From Eledone cirrhosa (Eukaryota): a DNA stretch of 64,000 bases. The notes beneath the pieces were generated by a model. It was not told the origin of the DNA. It saw only the letters and a program-made list of their open reading frames with translations, and made no database searches. Position 1 is the stretch's first letter. Each line of letters starts with the position of its first letter. The DNA lies in NCBI GenBank assembly GCA_964016885.1, contig OZ024742.1, positions 267,406,001 through 267,470,000 of the forward strand. Reading direction: 5' to 3'. The translations under genes were made by a program, and so were the position numbers. Positions 1 through 11,777 of the stretch are shown piece after piece.

Positions 1-1750
1 AGATTTCAGCACAGAGACCATCTTGACAAACTGCATTTACAAGATTAGCTTAACAACTAAAAAATGGAGTGTTTATTGCGTAGACTATGGGCTGCTGATC
101 ATGAGTATCCAGAGCTGCAGCATATACATGATAATTTCTGTTCAGGTGTTCGGAAAAGTGTTCTCTGCATCCGCTGGCGATTTCGACCATAGTTGTGTAT
201 AGGCAACTGCCATTGTTTGTCCTCATAGATGTGATTCTTGCAGCATGGAGGCCAAACGCTTGCTTTATTAAGTTTTATACCTCTTTGCTATTTTTATTAA
301 TCACCAGCAGCCTGCATCTCTGTCCGGAGTGTGCACCGTGCATCAGACTTATTTTCCGTAAACTCATTCTTTAATTGTTTTCTTTGTACATCTGATAGAC
401 TTTTCTGCAAGATATGTTATTGCTCTGTGTCTCGCCAGCAGGATGACTTGTGTATCTGCAGTGTGGAGTTCAGCAACATCAAGACGATTGGGAAGCTTGA
501 CTGTTTTATGTGACCGAGCAGGAGACTTAATGAACAAACGGATCTTCGATCCAACAAAGGCATTTTCTGTCCAGCACTCTGCACCATGCAAGGAACGAAG
601 ATTGCAAACATCTTCCATGGTCCTTTTACGGACGCTCATGGCAGGTGCCATTACTTAGACCTTGGATGCACCGATGTTGTCACGCGGTCGCATTTGTTTT
701 CGAATTGTGTGCTGAAAATAAACAGCTTAAATTCGGTGTACAGTTCGAGCAGGAGTAAGCCGTTGTCATTTACCTGACCCACACTAATCGTACAAAGCAA
801 CTCCATGTCTGCCAATCCTTGCCAACTGGCATTGAAGTAACCAAGAAGGATAATCTTGTCTGAATTGGGAATGGATCGCTGTAAATTTCGGATATATTCG
901 TAAAACCTGTTCTTGTAATCCTCAGTATACTATTGGTGATATCACGGGGCAACTCACACGGATCTAAGACTTTTGTGTGACGGATTGCGAATAGAACACC
1001 AGCTTTTCTTCGATCTTCAAGCTTTCTACCTTTCCAGAAAAAGTTATAACCTCCAGGAGGTTCTTGGATTTGGCCCTCTTCAGCAAGCCGAGTCGCTGAG
1101 ATGGCAACTATATCGACAAAATATTTTTGGAGTTCTTTACATATCATGGAATTTCTTCATGCAGGTGAAGGTATCTCTGGATTGTCCTCCCATTCTAACA
1201 GAATATATTTAGTTTCATATTGAATCTTTTAGACATTTTGTTGTTTCGAACACATTGTGGACATCCAGCAGCCGCGCTAAACTAGCCAGAAGTATTAAAG
1301 AAGCAGGCAATGTTTGGGTCAACGTTTCTAAACCACTTCAGATTAACTGGTGGGCAGTGCCATCTTCAAAAGAACTGCTCAGTCAGCCTTGGAGTAAACC
1401 GAAAGTCATCTCTGCCATAAATCGATGAACTATCAACTTTGTATCTACCAAGGGCCGCTTGTATGCAGGTTGTCAGCTGCGTACCTCTAGCCCTTCAGAC
1501 TTGTACGCGTCACCACCTTCATATCGCCACCGGATCTCAAAAGTTAAGATCACGAAATACTAAGTATCAAGAATCAGAAATGCCCGTCCAAGGAATTAAG
1601 TCGAATGTGGCTTGGATGAAACCACAACTCGCACTGACAATACCAAGAAGCCTAGAGACAAGCAAGTTGTAAGGGATGCCTTGAAAAAGACCAGCCGTTC
1701 CTCACTTTCAGTGGGATTAGAGCCATCTCGGACACCAAGCCGAGTAATTT
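1..1750 (-). mobile_element. RTE-clade non-LTR retrotransposon, degenerate 5' half (AP endonuclease and linker); continues beyond window start
   Basis: Minus-strand peptides LQKYFVDIVAISATRLAEEGQIQEPPGGYNFFWKG...GVLFAIR (770-1147), HPRSK*WHL and RSLHGAECWT (364-670) match RTE APE motifs; many stops and frameshifts. Confidence 0.85.
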
Positions 1751-1981
1751 CAATGATCCAGCACATATAGGTAGATTAAAAAATAATAGTAATAATAAAT
1801 ATTAACTGGCGTTTGTACATAGATTAAAACGTAAAAAGGTGTAATAGGTTTAAAGTTTAAGGTATATGTAAAACTATAAAATATATTAAAATATAAAAGA
1901 TTAAGATCTAAAAAAATAACACTCTCACAATTCACACATTCACATAGCCACACAATATATACATATGCACACAATATTGGA

Positions 1982-2165
1982 AGGCCGTTGAATCTCATGA
2001 GTTCATCCGTCACCTGTGAGGTTGCATTTTTCATACTGCATGGTGTCCAAAATCACCCTCTTCACCAAGAAAGCGTGCTTCGGTTGGTGGTTTACTCACC
2101 GACGACATGACAATGTAACAGGTTGTACCGGGTTACATGTTGCCAATAGAAGTCAGGAGGGTCCT
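1982..2165 (-). mobile_element. RTE 5' leader segment, probably of the 1-1750 element
   Basis: Reverse complement aligns with 11045-11226 (ggcaacatgtaacccggtacaacct / ggtaacatgtatcccagtacaacct; tttcttggtgaagagggtga / tttcttggtgaggagggtga). Confidence 0.65.
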
Positions 2166-2213
2166 AATATATACATACACACACACATATATATGTATAT
2201 ATGTATATATATA

Positions 2214-2271
<58 letters not shown>

Positions 2272-2285
2272 TACATATATATGTA

Positions 2286-2372
<87 letters not shown>
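2166..2372. repeat. (TA)n/(CA)n microsatellite
   Basis: Direct reading. Confidence 0.98.
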
Positions 2373-2376
<4 letters not shown>

Positions 2377-2465
2377 GTAGAACACTGGAAGGTGATATCC
2401 GTAGTGGTAGAGCACTCAGTCCATGGCACGAATTAGGTAGAAGTGGTTACACAAAGGTTAGTTCA

Positions 2466-2515
2466 CCATACCGAGAACAATTGTTACACCTTAGCGGATC
2501 TTCAGCTCGTAATGG
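2466..2515 (-). ncRNA. Minimal type I hammerhead ribozyme (inverted pLTR copy, GAAA changed to GUAA)
   Basis: Reverse complement: ccat-ta-cgag CUGAAGA uccgcuaaggu GUAA caauug UU cucg-gu-augg. Confidence 0.65.
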
Positions 2516-2687
2516 ACATGCTTATACGGAACAGGAAGGACAACCCTACGAACGCGCATGCGCAGAAACCGGTCACTTTACACAGGTAATACTAAAATGT
2601 GTGCGACAGGTGAAGGGGAGATAACTGCGAAAGTCCGTGAAGTTTTTAGTTGATAAGAAAATTATGATGTTATAATGATTCAATCCG

Positions 2688-4095
2688 TTTTAACTCCTTA
2701 AAATAAAAAAAAGCGAAGTTCACACAGTTTGACATTGTCGATTTTTACCCGTCGATCTCAGAGACCCTGTTAAACAAAGCGTTGGACTTCGCTACAACTT
2801 ACACCTCCGTCGCTGGTTTAGACAGGGAAATCATCGCTCACTGCCGGAAAACCCTCCTCTTCAACAAGGGAGTAGCCTGGGCAAAGAAGTATACAACTTC
2901 AGACCTATTCAACGTCTCCGTGGGATCGTTTGACAGTGCTGACGTATGCGACATGGTTGGCCTATTTATTTTATACATATTACGTGTTAGATTCCCGGAC
3001 TTCAACACGGGAATATACCGAGACGATGGACTGACCTTATCGAGCCATAAAAGTGGTCACAACCTCGACCGGTATAAAAAAGACTTAGCTTCTACCTTCA
3101 ATGAGTTAGGACTTAGAATAACAGTAGCTACCAACCTCTCTAGCGTAGATTTCTTCGACATTAATTTAGACCTTCGCACAGACACCCACATACACTTCCA
3201 TAAGCTAAATGAAAAATTCAACTACATTCACAAGGACTCATGCCACCCTCCTACTGTTTTTAGAAACTCCGTAAATAATATCAGTACTAGAATCTCAAAC
3301 CTCTCCTCTAATAAGGCTATCTTTGACAGGCGGGCACCCTAAAACAACACGGCGTTAGCTAACAGCGGCTTCTCGCAACCTATCACTTACTCTCCCACTA
3401 TCAACAACAGCAATAAGAAAAGAAAGCGTAACAATAGACAAACTATCTGGTTCTCTCCTCCCGTCTCACTCAACGTTAAAACCAATGTAGGCAAAAAATG
3501 TCTAGCCCTCTTTGATAGACACTTTTCCATAGGTCATAAACACCGCTCCATTTTTAACCGACACAAAGTAAAACTAGGATACTCCTGCACTAAGAACATG
3601 AAGGCTCACATCACCAGTAGCCCTAGGAGCAACACCCCACCAGGGTGCTCTTGCCGTAAGCCCGAAGCTTGTCCCCTTTAACAGCAATGCAACACACCCG
3701 CTGTAATTTATGAAGTTGTGGTCACTTCCAACCGACCAAACCAACTACAGAAGGTCAAATCCTATGTGGGTATGGCGGATGGCCGATTTAAGGAACCTTT
3801 CCTGAACCACCAGTCGACCTTTAGGTACCCGGACAGACGTTCATCCACGAAACTCGCGAGCCACGTATGGTTCCCAAATGACTCAAGTATAGACTACTCC
3901 ATTCAATGGAAAGCCATCACTAAGTCCAAGACATACGCAAGGGGAAATCCGCCGTGTGGACTATGTAGTGATGAACGAATAAATATTCTAAAGAGATTAT
4001 GCAATAGTGATTGCCTAAACACGAGAAATGAATTCTTCACACGTTGTCTACACGTCTCGAAACACCTCTTGCATAACTACAAAGCTCCGGATTGA
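2688..4095 (+). pseudogene. Penelope-like RT + GIY-YIG endonuclease ORF (single frame, in-frame TAA stops)
   Basis: FDIVDFYPSI, GIYRDDGL, SCHPP, WFSPPVSLNVKTNVGK, CSCRKPEACPL, VIY...SYVG...FLNH, CGLCSDE, LNTRNE, CLH; TAA at 3340 and about 3679. Confidence 0.88.
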
Positions 4096-4259
4096 AGCAT
4101 TACAACAATATCATAATTTTCTTAACTAAAAACTTTTCGGACTTTCGCAGTTATCTCCCTTACACCTCTCGCACGCATTTTAGTATTGCCTGTGTGAAGT
4201 GACCGGTCTCTGCGCATGCACGTTCGTACGGTTGTCCTTCCTGTTCCGTATAACCATGT

Positions 4260-4309
4260 CCATTACGAACTGAAGATCCGCTAAGGTGAAACAATTGTTC
4301 TCGGTATGG
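4260..4309 (+). ncRNA. Minimal type I hammerhead ribozyme in pLTR
   Basis: ccat-ta-cgaa CUGAAGA u-cc-gcuaa-gg-u GAAA c-aauu-g UU cucg-gu-augg; stem III is the palindrome aacaattgtt. Confidence 0.75.
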
Positions 4310-4335
4310 TGAACTATCTGTTGTGTAACCACTTC

Positions 4336-4337
<2 letters not shown>

Positions 4338-4368
<31 letters not shown>

Positions 4369-4455
4369 ATATGTATATATATGCATATATATACATATAT
4401 ATGTATATATACATATATGCATATATATATATATAAGTATGTGTGTATACATACA
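4338..4455. repeat. (TA)n/(TACA)n microsatellite
   Basis: Direct reading. Confidence 0.95.
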
Positions 4456-6800
4456 TGATGGCTTCAAACTCGTGTCCGAGCATTGCCATCGCTTGATAAA
4501 ATGCTCAATAATGTGAGGCAAGAATGAGGCTCTTTAAACCACCCAAAGACTTGCACCCTGTGACACACACATGGCAACTGTAGGCTCCTCTGGGACTTAC
4601 CACTGCTTGGTTATGACTGTCTTCGCATATGTCTTTTAAGACCTCACATGCTTCCACATTTCTTACCAAATTCCTTTAACCTTTTCAGATCATAACCTAC
4701 ATGAGATCTACTGATGTAACGTTGTTCATGTCTAATCAAACAGCTTTGCACAGGCAGACTCGAGCACCGTGCTGGCAAACCAGAAGTTGCACAACAAAAG
4801 GCAGTTCAGAACAGTCCCTTTTCGTCACCCTCTTTTCAGTGTTAGATGTTCTCTCCGATGAGTTTCAAAGTGTTCACTTCCTGACTTGATTAAACGTCTC
4901 CACTTCACACGCTCCTCGGCCATATTCTCCCATTCATCAGATGAAATTCCATCACAAGCCAAGGTGCCCCTCACACAGTCCCAGTAGTGCATATTTGGTT
5001 TGTGTGGTCGTCATCTTCCTTCGCACAGTTCACAGTAGAGAAGTTGCTTTGGAATGCAATCATCAGATATCCGGACCACGTGACCGCACCACTTCAACCG
5101 ATGCCGAAATATCATGTTCTCTATAATCATGCAACTGCTCCGTTCGAGAACTTCCAAATCACTGACGAACATTTTCCATCGCACCCCAAGTATCTTACGA
5201 AGAGATTGTTGGTAAAACCTCTCTAGTTCACTGAGGTGTTTTCTGTATGTAACCCACGTTTAACAAGCATAAAGCAAAGTCAGATACACTTTTACCTTGG
5301 TTTCAATAGTGATAGATACCTCGTCTGGACCATAAACGCTCATTCAGCCGTCCAAAAGCACCACTGGCTTTCTTGATTCTTAAGGATATTTCATCACCAA
5401 GTAAGTGTGCATGAAGTGTTCAATGCACTGCCAAGGTAAACAAAACTTGTCAGCAACTTTTAGCATTTTTCCGTACACGTACACTCATGGTGTACACGTA
5501 CACGCTGGCTAGTACACCACAACAGTCTCTTCCAAGCTTATTGTGAGGCCCAAAGCGCTGCAAGCTACAGAAAAAGAATTCATAATATGCTGCATATCAC
5601 TTTGTGGGTGTGCAAAAAGATCGCAGTCATCTGCATACAGAAACTCTCGGAATATAGATGTTAATCTCCCTGAAATGTGATATCTGATGTAAATTCCATG
5701 CGAACAATTTTTTTCAATTCCATGAGAAACACCATCGTAAGATATAAGGAAAACAAAGTTGGAGCCGGAATGTACCCCTGCTTCACTCCATTTTCAGCTG
5801 ATATTGTCTGAGTTGTTAGAGAATTGGATTCGCAATCGTGAGGCTGTGAGTTCAATTCCCGGACCAGGTGATGCGTTGTGTCTTTGAGCAAGACATTTTA
5901 TTTCACGTTGCTCCTTTTAACTGGAGTTGTGACCGATAGATAGTACTAGCAATTGGAAAGACCAATGGAGACATTGTTTCCTTGGTCTGATTTGACGAAA
6001 GTCGATCGACTGTCGATGGTTGAGAGATGCTACCACCAGTACTTGCCCAAGCCTTCATGTCATCATGAAAAAGACGCAGAATTTTCAGAGACTTTGGAGG
6101 GCAGCCAAGCTTTTCCAAAATGTTCCGCAACGCAGTTCGATTCATGGTGTCAAAGGCTTTTATCAAGTCAACAAAGATCCAGTAAAGGTCCATACATTGT
6201 TCGATACAATTTCCCTACAACAGCCAAGCAGAAAAGATCATATCCACTGTTCCTCCATCGTTTCTGAACCCACACTGTGACTCAGGTATCACATTCAGAG
6301 CAACCTTTGAGATCTATCAATCCATCAAAATTCGATACATGACTTGAAGTGATATGCCATCATAATTGCCACATTGTCTTTCCCACCCTTTCCTTTATGG
6401 AGAGTCACCATGAGCGCATTCTACCAATCTTGTGGGACACTCTCATTTTCCCACACCTTCTTCACGTGGACAGTCAGGTGCTACGTGAAGTTTTCCCCAC
6501 CGCACTTTCAAACCTCTGCACTCAAACCATCCATACCAGGAGACTTACCACAGTTCAGCTTATGCACAGCAGATGTCACCGTTGCAAGAGAAGGTACATT
6601 AGCCATCTCATGCTTCATTGGTTCAATAGGAATGGACCAAGTGCAATCAACATCAAGCTGGGATGTCTGGTTCAAGAGCTCATCAAAGTGATGTCTCCAT
6701 CTGTCGAGTATGTCTTTTGGATCGCGCAATAACTGCCTGCCATCTTTCGATCTCAAAGTTGCCATTGATGAGCTAAAAGTGCCATAGACTTCTCTGATGT
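4456..6800 (-). mobile_element. RTE-clade element, 3' half (RT to 3' end), degenerate
   Basis: IREVYG...LDRWRHHFDELLN, GKSPGMDG, IFVDLIKAFD, NGVKQG, FLYADD; 3' stem-loop ctcg-gaca-cgag then gtatgt tail. Confidence 0.88.
5806..6012 (+). mobile_element. tRNA-derived SINE family A (CORE-like body) inserted in the RTE RT
   Basis: B-box-like gagttcaattccc, then tgtgtctttgagcaagaca; interrupts RT between QPST and SAENGVKQG; homologues at 55060 and 61150. Confidence 0.8.
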
Positions 6801-6803
6801 AAG

Positions 6804-6864
6804 TATGTATGTATGTATGTATGTATGTATGTATGTATGTATGTATGTATGTATGTATGTATGT
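6804..6864. repeat. (TATG)n microsatellite at the 3' end of the R4/Dong-like element
   Basis: Direct reading. Confidence 0.97.
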
Positions 6865-9800
6865 GTTCTCTCTTTCTCTTAATTTCGAGTATATCTTTGA
6901 CCGGCCACCAACCAGGTGGCAAGGTTGTAAAAGAAAAGAAATTGTCATCCTTGAATCGCCAAAATGTTTTGCAAATTTTGAAGGTGCCAGCTATCGCAGC
7001 CATTTGTAGACTATGAATTAGGGAGCTGCGCTCTTTGTCCGCAAATCCAAGTTCAGTTATAGATTGGTCCAAGCGAGTTTTTATCTAACGCGTAGCTCCA
7101 ATAATGATGGGTCTGAAGCTAAAGGTGTATCTTGGACACTGGATTTGTAAACATCTCATCAATGGTCCGTAGATGTCCTCCTTCTCCTGTATTTTTCTGA
7201 CAACGTTTACATCAAGTGGGCAGCTGATCTCCACAACAGAACACGTTTTCAATGTGTGGTCCCAAATAACAATATCAGGCCGGTTGAGCTTTAATTTGGT
7301 GGCAGTTTTTATTTTTAGGTTTCACCAGTATTCTTTAGTGCAATCTGTCTCAATATATTCTTCCTCGTTTGTTTTGAATTTTGTTTCCGAAGTGCGTTCC
7401 AGATGGTTCTAGCTATCTAGTGTCTCATGGGGAGGTAATAGCGAGATGACATTCTTTCGCAGCTGGCAACAATGTGGCTTACATCTTCGATCTTTGTTTT
7501 AGATAGCCTGCATTTATTGTCAGCTGATGGCCCTCCTCTTTTGTGAAGCAGATATTTGGTAGGGAGTTCTTGTTCCTGTATTGCATAGAGATATTCCTCA
7601 AGGTGTGATGTCATAAACTTGTCGGAACTCCATGCCAGGGTTTTTGAGTGGTTTATCCCCTCTATGGTCTGTGTTTTACGGCTCAAGTATCCATACACAA
7701 TTTTTCTGTAAATTGGTCAATTTTCTCATCTTGTTTGAACATTGAATAGGATCTTCCGATTTCTCTGGGTGAGAGATTTATATCAGGCTTTATTCCATAT
7801 CTCTCCTCCAGATCAGTGGCTATCCTAATGATACTTTTTTCTTCATGCTCATAAACTTGGGCAAGATGGTTTCCAACCCTTTTCCTCTGTTGAAGGTGTT
7901 GCTTCAGTGTTACTATCCGGGTCTCATATGCTGTTAATATGGATTTTAGACCCGGCCACCTTCCTTGCGTGAGAAGTATAGCCTATCCACATCACCATTG
8001 ATGTTAAAGTTCCCAGTAACACTGAGAAGTTTGCGAGTTCTAACATCCATCTCACTTATTTCTTGCAATGACCAGTTCAGCAGGCCAAATGTTGGCGTTA
8101 GAATTGGTACAGCATAAGTATTGTGGGCATTGTACTTGTTGTATGCTGACAGTTCTGATGACCATATTTTCTTTACTCTTCTGAGGTATTCAGTTGTGGT
8201 TCTCTCCTTATTTATGGGTCCATCATATCTGACATTCTCATCCTGTCTAAGATATATGTAGTTGTCACCTGACTGTAGAGGTTGTATTGTCAGGCCGTTC
8301 ATCTCTAGATTTCTAGAGGAGGGCACAGCTCTTCCACGTTTTACTGCCAAATATTCACACTTGGACTCACCAAATTTAGTTTTGATGTCTGTTGAAAATT
8401 GTGTAATGAGGTCCAATTGTTTCTTGATGTCATTGATATTTGGCCCATACAACTTCAGGTGATCATCAAAGAAAAGATGGGAGATACTTCTGGACCCACT
8501 TCTTTGTCCACATTGTTTCCTGAGTAGGTAAGATAGTGAATTTAGTGAGAGAACGAAGTGTAGCACTGACAAGCTATCACCCTGAAAGATGCCCTTCTGG
8601 TAATGTATCTTATCAGTCTTAACTTGATCCTTTTCACCTCTAGGGATCAGATTGGTGTACCAGTTCTTGGTCAGACGTCCAACAGCAGCTACCAGTGGTT
8701 GTGGGACTTTGGCTAACTGTAAAGCCTTAACAATCCACCCATGAGGTACTCTATCAAATGCCTTTTGATAGTCCAGCCACACCACAGTCATGTTTCTGAG
8801 ATACTTTGTTGTTTTTTCTTGAATAATTTTATTAGTTTGTAGATGATCTATGCAACCCCACACCTCCCTCTTTCCACCAGCTTGCTCAGGTGTTATAATG
8901 TTGTTGGTAGCACAGTGATCCTATAATAACATTTTAAGGCACCCAGTATATAATTTATACATGATGTTTTGGCAGGCTATTGGGCGGTAATTTTTAGCAA
9001 GGGTGGTTTGGCTATTTTGGGGAATGAGGAGAGTAGTGGCAGTTGATAGCCATCTGGGCAGTTCTTGTGTGCCTTTAATGGTTTCTGTAAACAGCCGTAT
9101 GAGATCCTGCCGATAGAAAGTGAAATTCTTCAACCAGTATCCTGTTATGAGGTTTGGGCCTGGTGATTTCCTATTCGACATTTTCTGTAGTGCTGTTTCC
9201 AGTATTGACCCATCTATGTAATATTATTTTGTCTGGACATGTTGGCAGTAGTCCTGTTCCAGTTCTTGTAGCCATTTAGTCTGTTGAATCCGTCATCCGT
9301 TTCCCATACAGATCTCCAGTAGCTCTCAACCTGTTCTTCTGAAGGGGTGTCATTTACAGAGATTGAGCCTTTGCCACCAAAGCTGCGATAAACCGATTTA
9401 GGACCTCTGGCAAACAATCTATTTAGCACTTGTCGTTTATGCGCTGTTGACTTATATTTTAGTCTTTCTGTTGCGGCTGTGAGTTGTTGTTTCAACTGGT
9501 GTAATTTGAAGTTCAAAGTTTTAAATTTTGTATCTCCAAATCGTCTCTCTAATTTTTTTTTACGCCTTCCTGGTGCGATGTGTGAGATACTTCGTCTCAG
9601 GGACAACATTTTGCTTTTTAAATTTCGCATCAACGTTGGTTCAGGCTTTTTGTTTGTATCTTGATTGCGTGGTTTTAGATGTTTTTTTTATATGATAGCA
9701 ATTTGACAGCTGAAACATATAACAAAATGTAAAGCATTTCAAATGTTGTTTCTACACCTTTAGATCGTATAGTCTTCAGATAATTGTCAGCTATTTCGTT

Positions 9801-11016
9801 CACCGCTTCCAATTCCAATTTAGTGGGTTCTTTACTGATTCTGGTGTTGTATGGTCCCTCACTCACATTAAGGCTGTGTAACATATCATCCCATATCACT
9901 TGTAACATGTCTACAAGTTTTTGGTGTTCTGTTTGTACAGTAGACTTATGAATTTCAGCCTCGTTGTTGATGTGGTGACAATTACTACTAGAGTTAGCTG
10001 ACCATTCTCGCTGTTCTTCAGTGGAAGTGGGATGGATTTCAGCAAAATTGTTGGTGAACTGTTCACTGTTAGATTTAGCTTTGTCTGTCAGTGGAAGTAG
10101 GGTGGTTGTCTACAAGGGCTGTATTTGTAGTATCACTGAATTCCGTTAGATGTATCAATTTACATCTCATGATACGTTTTGCCTGTTCATTTAAATGCTT
10201 TGGAGAAAAGTCTAATTCTGGGTGTTTTGAGTTTCATAAAGTTTTTAGCCTTTGCATAAAACCGAACTTTTGGGGTTCTGATTGTTTGTATGCCTCATAT
10301 AATTCTTTGTTAAGCTCGTAGCTCCATTGTATACAACGGTTGCAGTTGCGATTTGGTCGAAGAAGTCTTATACGTTTGGTCATGATGAGTTCGTCTATTC
10401 ACTAATATTTTGTATTTATTTTTCAAAATAGTCGATGATCTTCTTTAAAGGTTTCGACAAAGTTCTGTCAGAATCAAATTTAAAGTTATTCACAGCTTGG
10501 CTAATATTTCTTTTCAGTTAGTTTTTAATTCTACAACTGTGTTTTAAACGTTGTTTTTGAATCGTTTGAATCGAGAACAAAAAAACAACAAAAAAAAACA
10601 AAAACAAAAAAAACGTTACTTAGTATATTTCTTTATGAACGCTGTATTTATATGTTAAAGTTTATGTATCATTCATATAAATAGGTGTTCTACAACATAT
10701 TCACAGTTCAAACACTTATGTTTTTGTTTCTGAATCGAAAACGTTACTTGAATATTTCTTTACAAATGTAATATAACAACGTTGCATTTATATGTTAAAG
10801 TGTAATGTATCGTTCATATATCATAAGTGTATGTATCGTTTATATAAATAGGTGTTTTACAACACACCTACAGTTCAAACACTTATGTAGAATTATTGTA
10901 TGTAATTTTACCGCGTAATGTAGCTCAACTTTTTCCAATATATGGTATGTTCCCTTCATGTAAGCCGTAATTACACAAGTCCGATTATCGGACACTGACC
11001 ATGACGGTCGCCATTC
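6865..11016 (-). mobile_element. Near full-length R4/Dong-like non-LTR retrotransposon (RT + restriction-like endonuclease)
   Basis: ORF from ATG at 10383 (WSYELNKELYEAY...), KSPGPNLITGYW, NYRPIAC, WLDYQKAFDRVPH, GIFQGDSLS, CRL...HIVASC...RH, NRPDIVIWD, LQMAAIAGT; disrupted; (TATG)-type repeats on both sides. Confidence 0.88.
10612..10888. repeat. Two diverged tandem copies of a ~125-150 bp unit in the R4/Dong 5'UTR
   Basis: aaacgttactt...atttatatgttaaag...ataggtgtt...cagttcaaacacttatg occurs twice. Confidence 0.8.
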
Positions 11017-11042
11017 TGTATGTATATATGTATGTATTTATG

Positions 11043-11650
11043 TCAGGTCACCAGTTGGTGCTACTGGTAACATGTATCCCAGTACAACCTCTCATGGTCG
11101 GGTCGTTGGTGACTAAACTGGCAACCCCACCAAGGTTTCTTGGTGAGGAGGGTGACTTTGGACATCCTGCAGGACTAAAACCAAAACCTGTCAAAGGGCA
11201 AAGGACCTCTTAAGAGTCAATGGCCATCCAAAATCACCGAGAGAGATGACCCCTTAGCCTTTGTCAAGGCAGAATTCTAGGAGAAAGAAAACTCTGATAT
11301 AACACCTGCAACCCTTATGGTATCCAATGATCGTGACTTGTTCTTCTTTTTGGTAAATAGCATCTTGGTTAAGAGAGTGGGACTGGCTTTGTGCAGTGCC
11401 TTTGCTCACTATAAAAGCTTTACGGCATAGGCATAGCTTTATATCTGGAGATTTCTCTGCACTTGTCGTCACATGGTATCATGGGTCCAGCACTATGTGA
11501 CAATAATTGTCACAAGTGTAGTGTTTGTACCAGAGTTTTCAAGTCGCTGGCTGGATTAAAAAGTCACACTCGTTCAGCGCATCGGTCGGGGTTCTCCTAC
11601 ATGGATATAAAGTAGTGGCCGTACTCGAAAACGAGTTGGCAGCTTCCACG
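11043..11650 (+). mobile_element. Bipartite (internally deleted) non-autonomous RTE: 5' leader joined to C-terminal zinc finger and 3' end
   Basis: 5' part matches 1982-2165; 3' part encodes [17 protein letters not shown] and ends in ctcg-aaaa-cgag stem-loop plus (TATG)n, as at 4456. Confidence 0.72.
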
Positions 11651-11706
11651 TATGTATGTATGTATGTATGTATGTATGTATGTATGTATGTATGTATGTA
11701 TGTATG

Positions 11707-11776
<70 letters not shown>
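11651..11776. repeat. (TATG)n(TA)n microsatellite
   Basis: Direct reading. Confidence 0.98.

Positions 11777-11777
<1 letters not shown>

Larger units (their letters stand above)
2372..4337 (+). mobile_element. 5'-truncated Penelope-like element (Naiad-like) with inverted pLTR at the 5' end, flanked by (TA)n
   Basis: RT plus C-terminal GIY-YIG; 2438-2687 is an inverted copy of 4088-4337; (TA)n on both sides. Confidence 0.9.

Noticed and set aside
2016-2624. ORFs rich in YI, CV, HT, SL or poly-S/L here and throughout the window
   Set aside because: Translations of microsatellites, not genes
2688-4095. Selenoprotein (UGA read-through) as reported for some Naiad elements
   Set aside because: The internal stops seen are TAA, not TGA, and no SECIS was identified
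5806-5880. tRNA gene
   Set aside because: It is a SINE head; no complete cloverleaf
11045-11185. HDV-like or twister ribozyme in the RTE leader (ggtaacatg, ctaa, gaggagggt)
   Set aside because: Could not assign P3/L3/P1.1 or the twister core consistently in both copies
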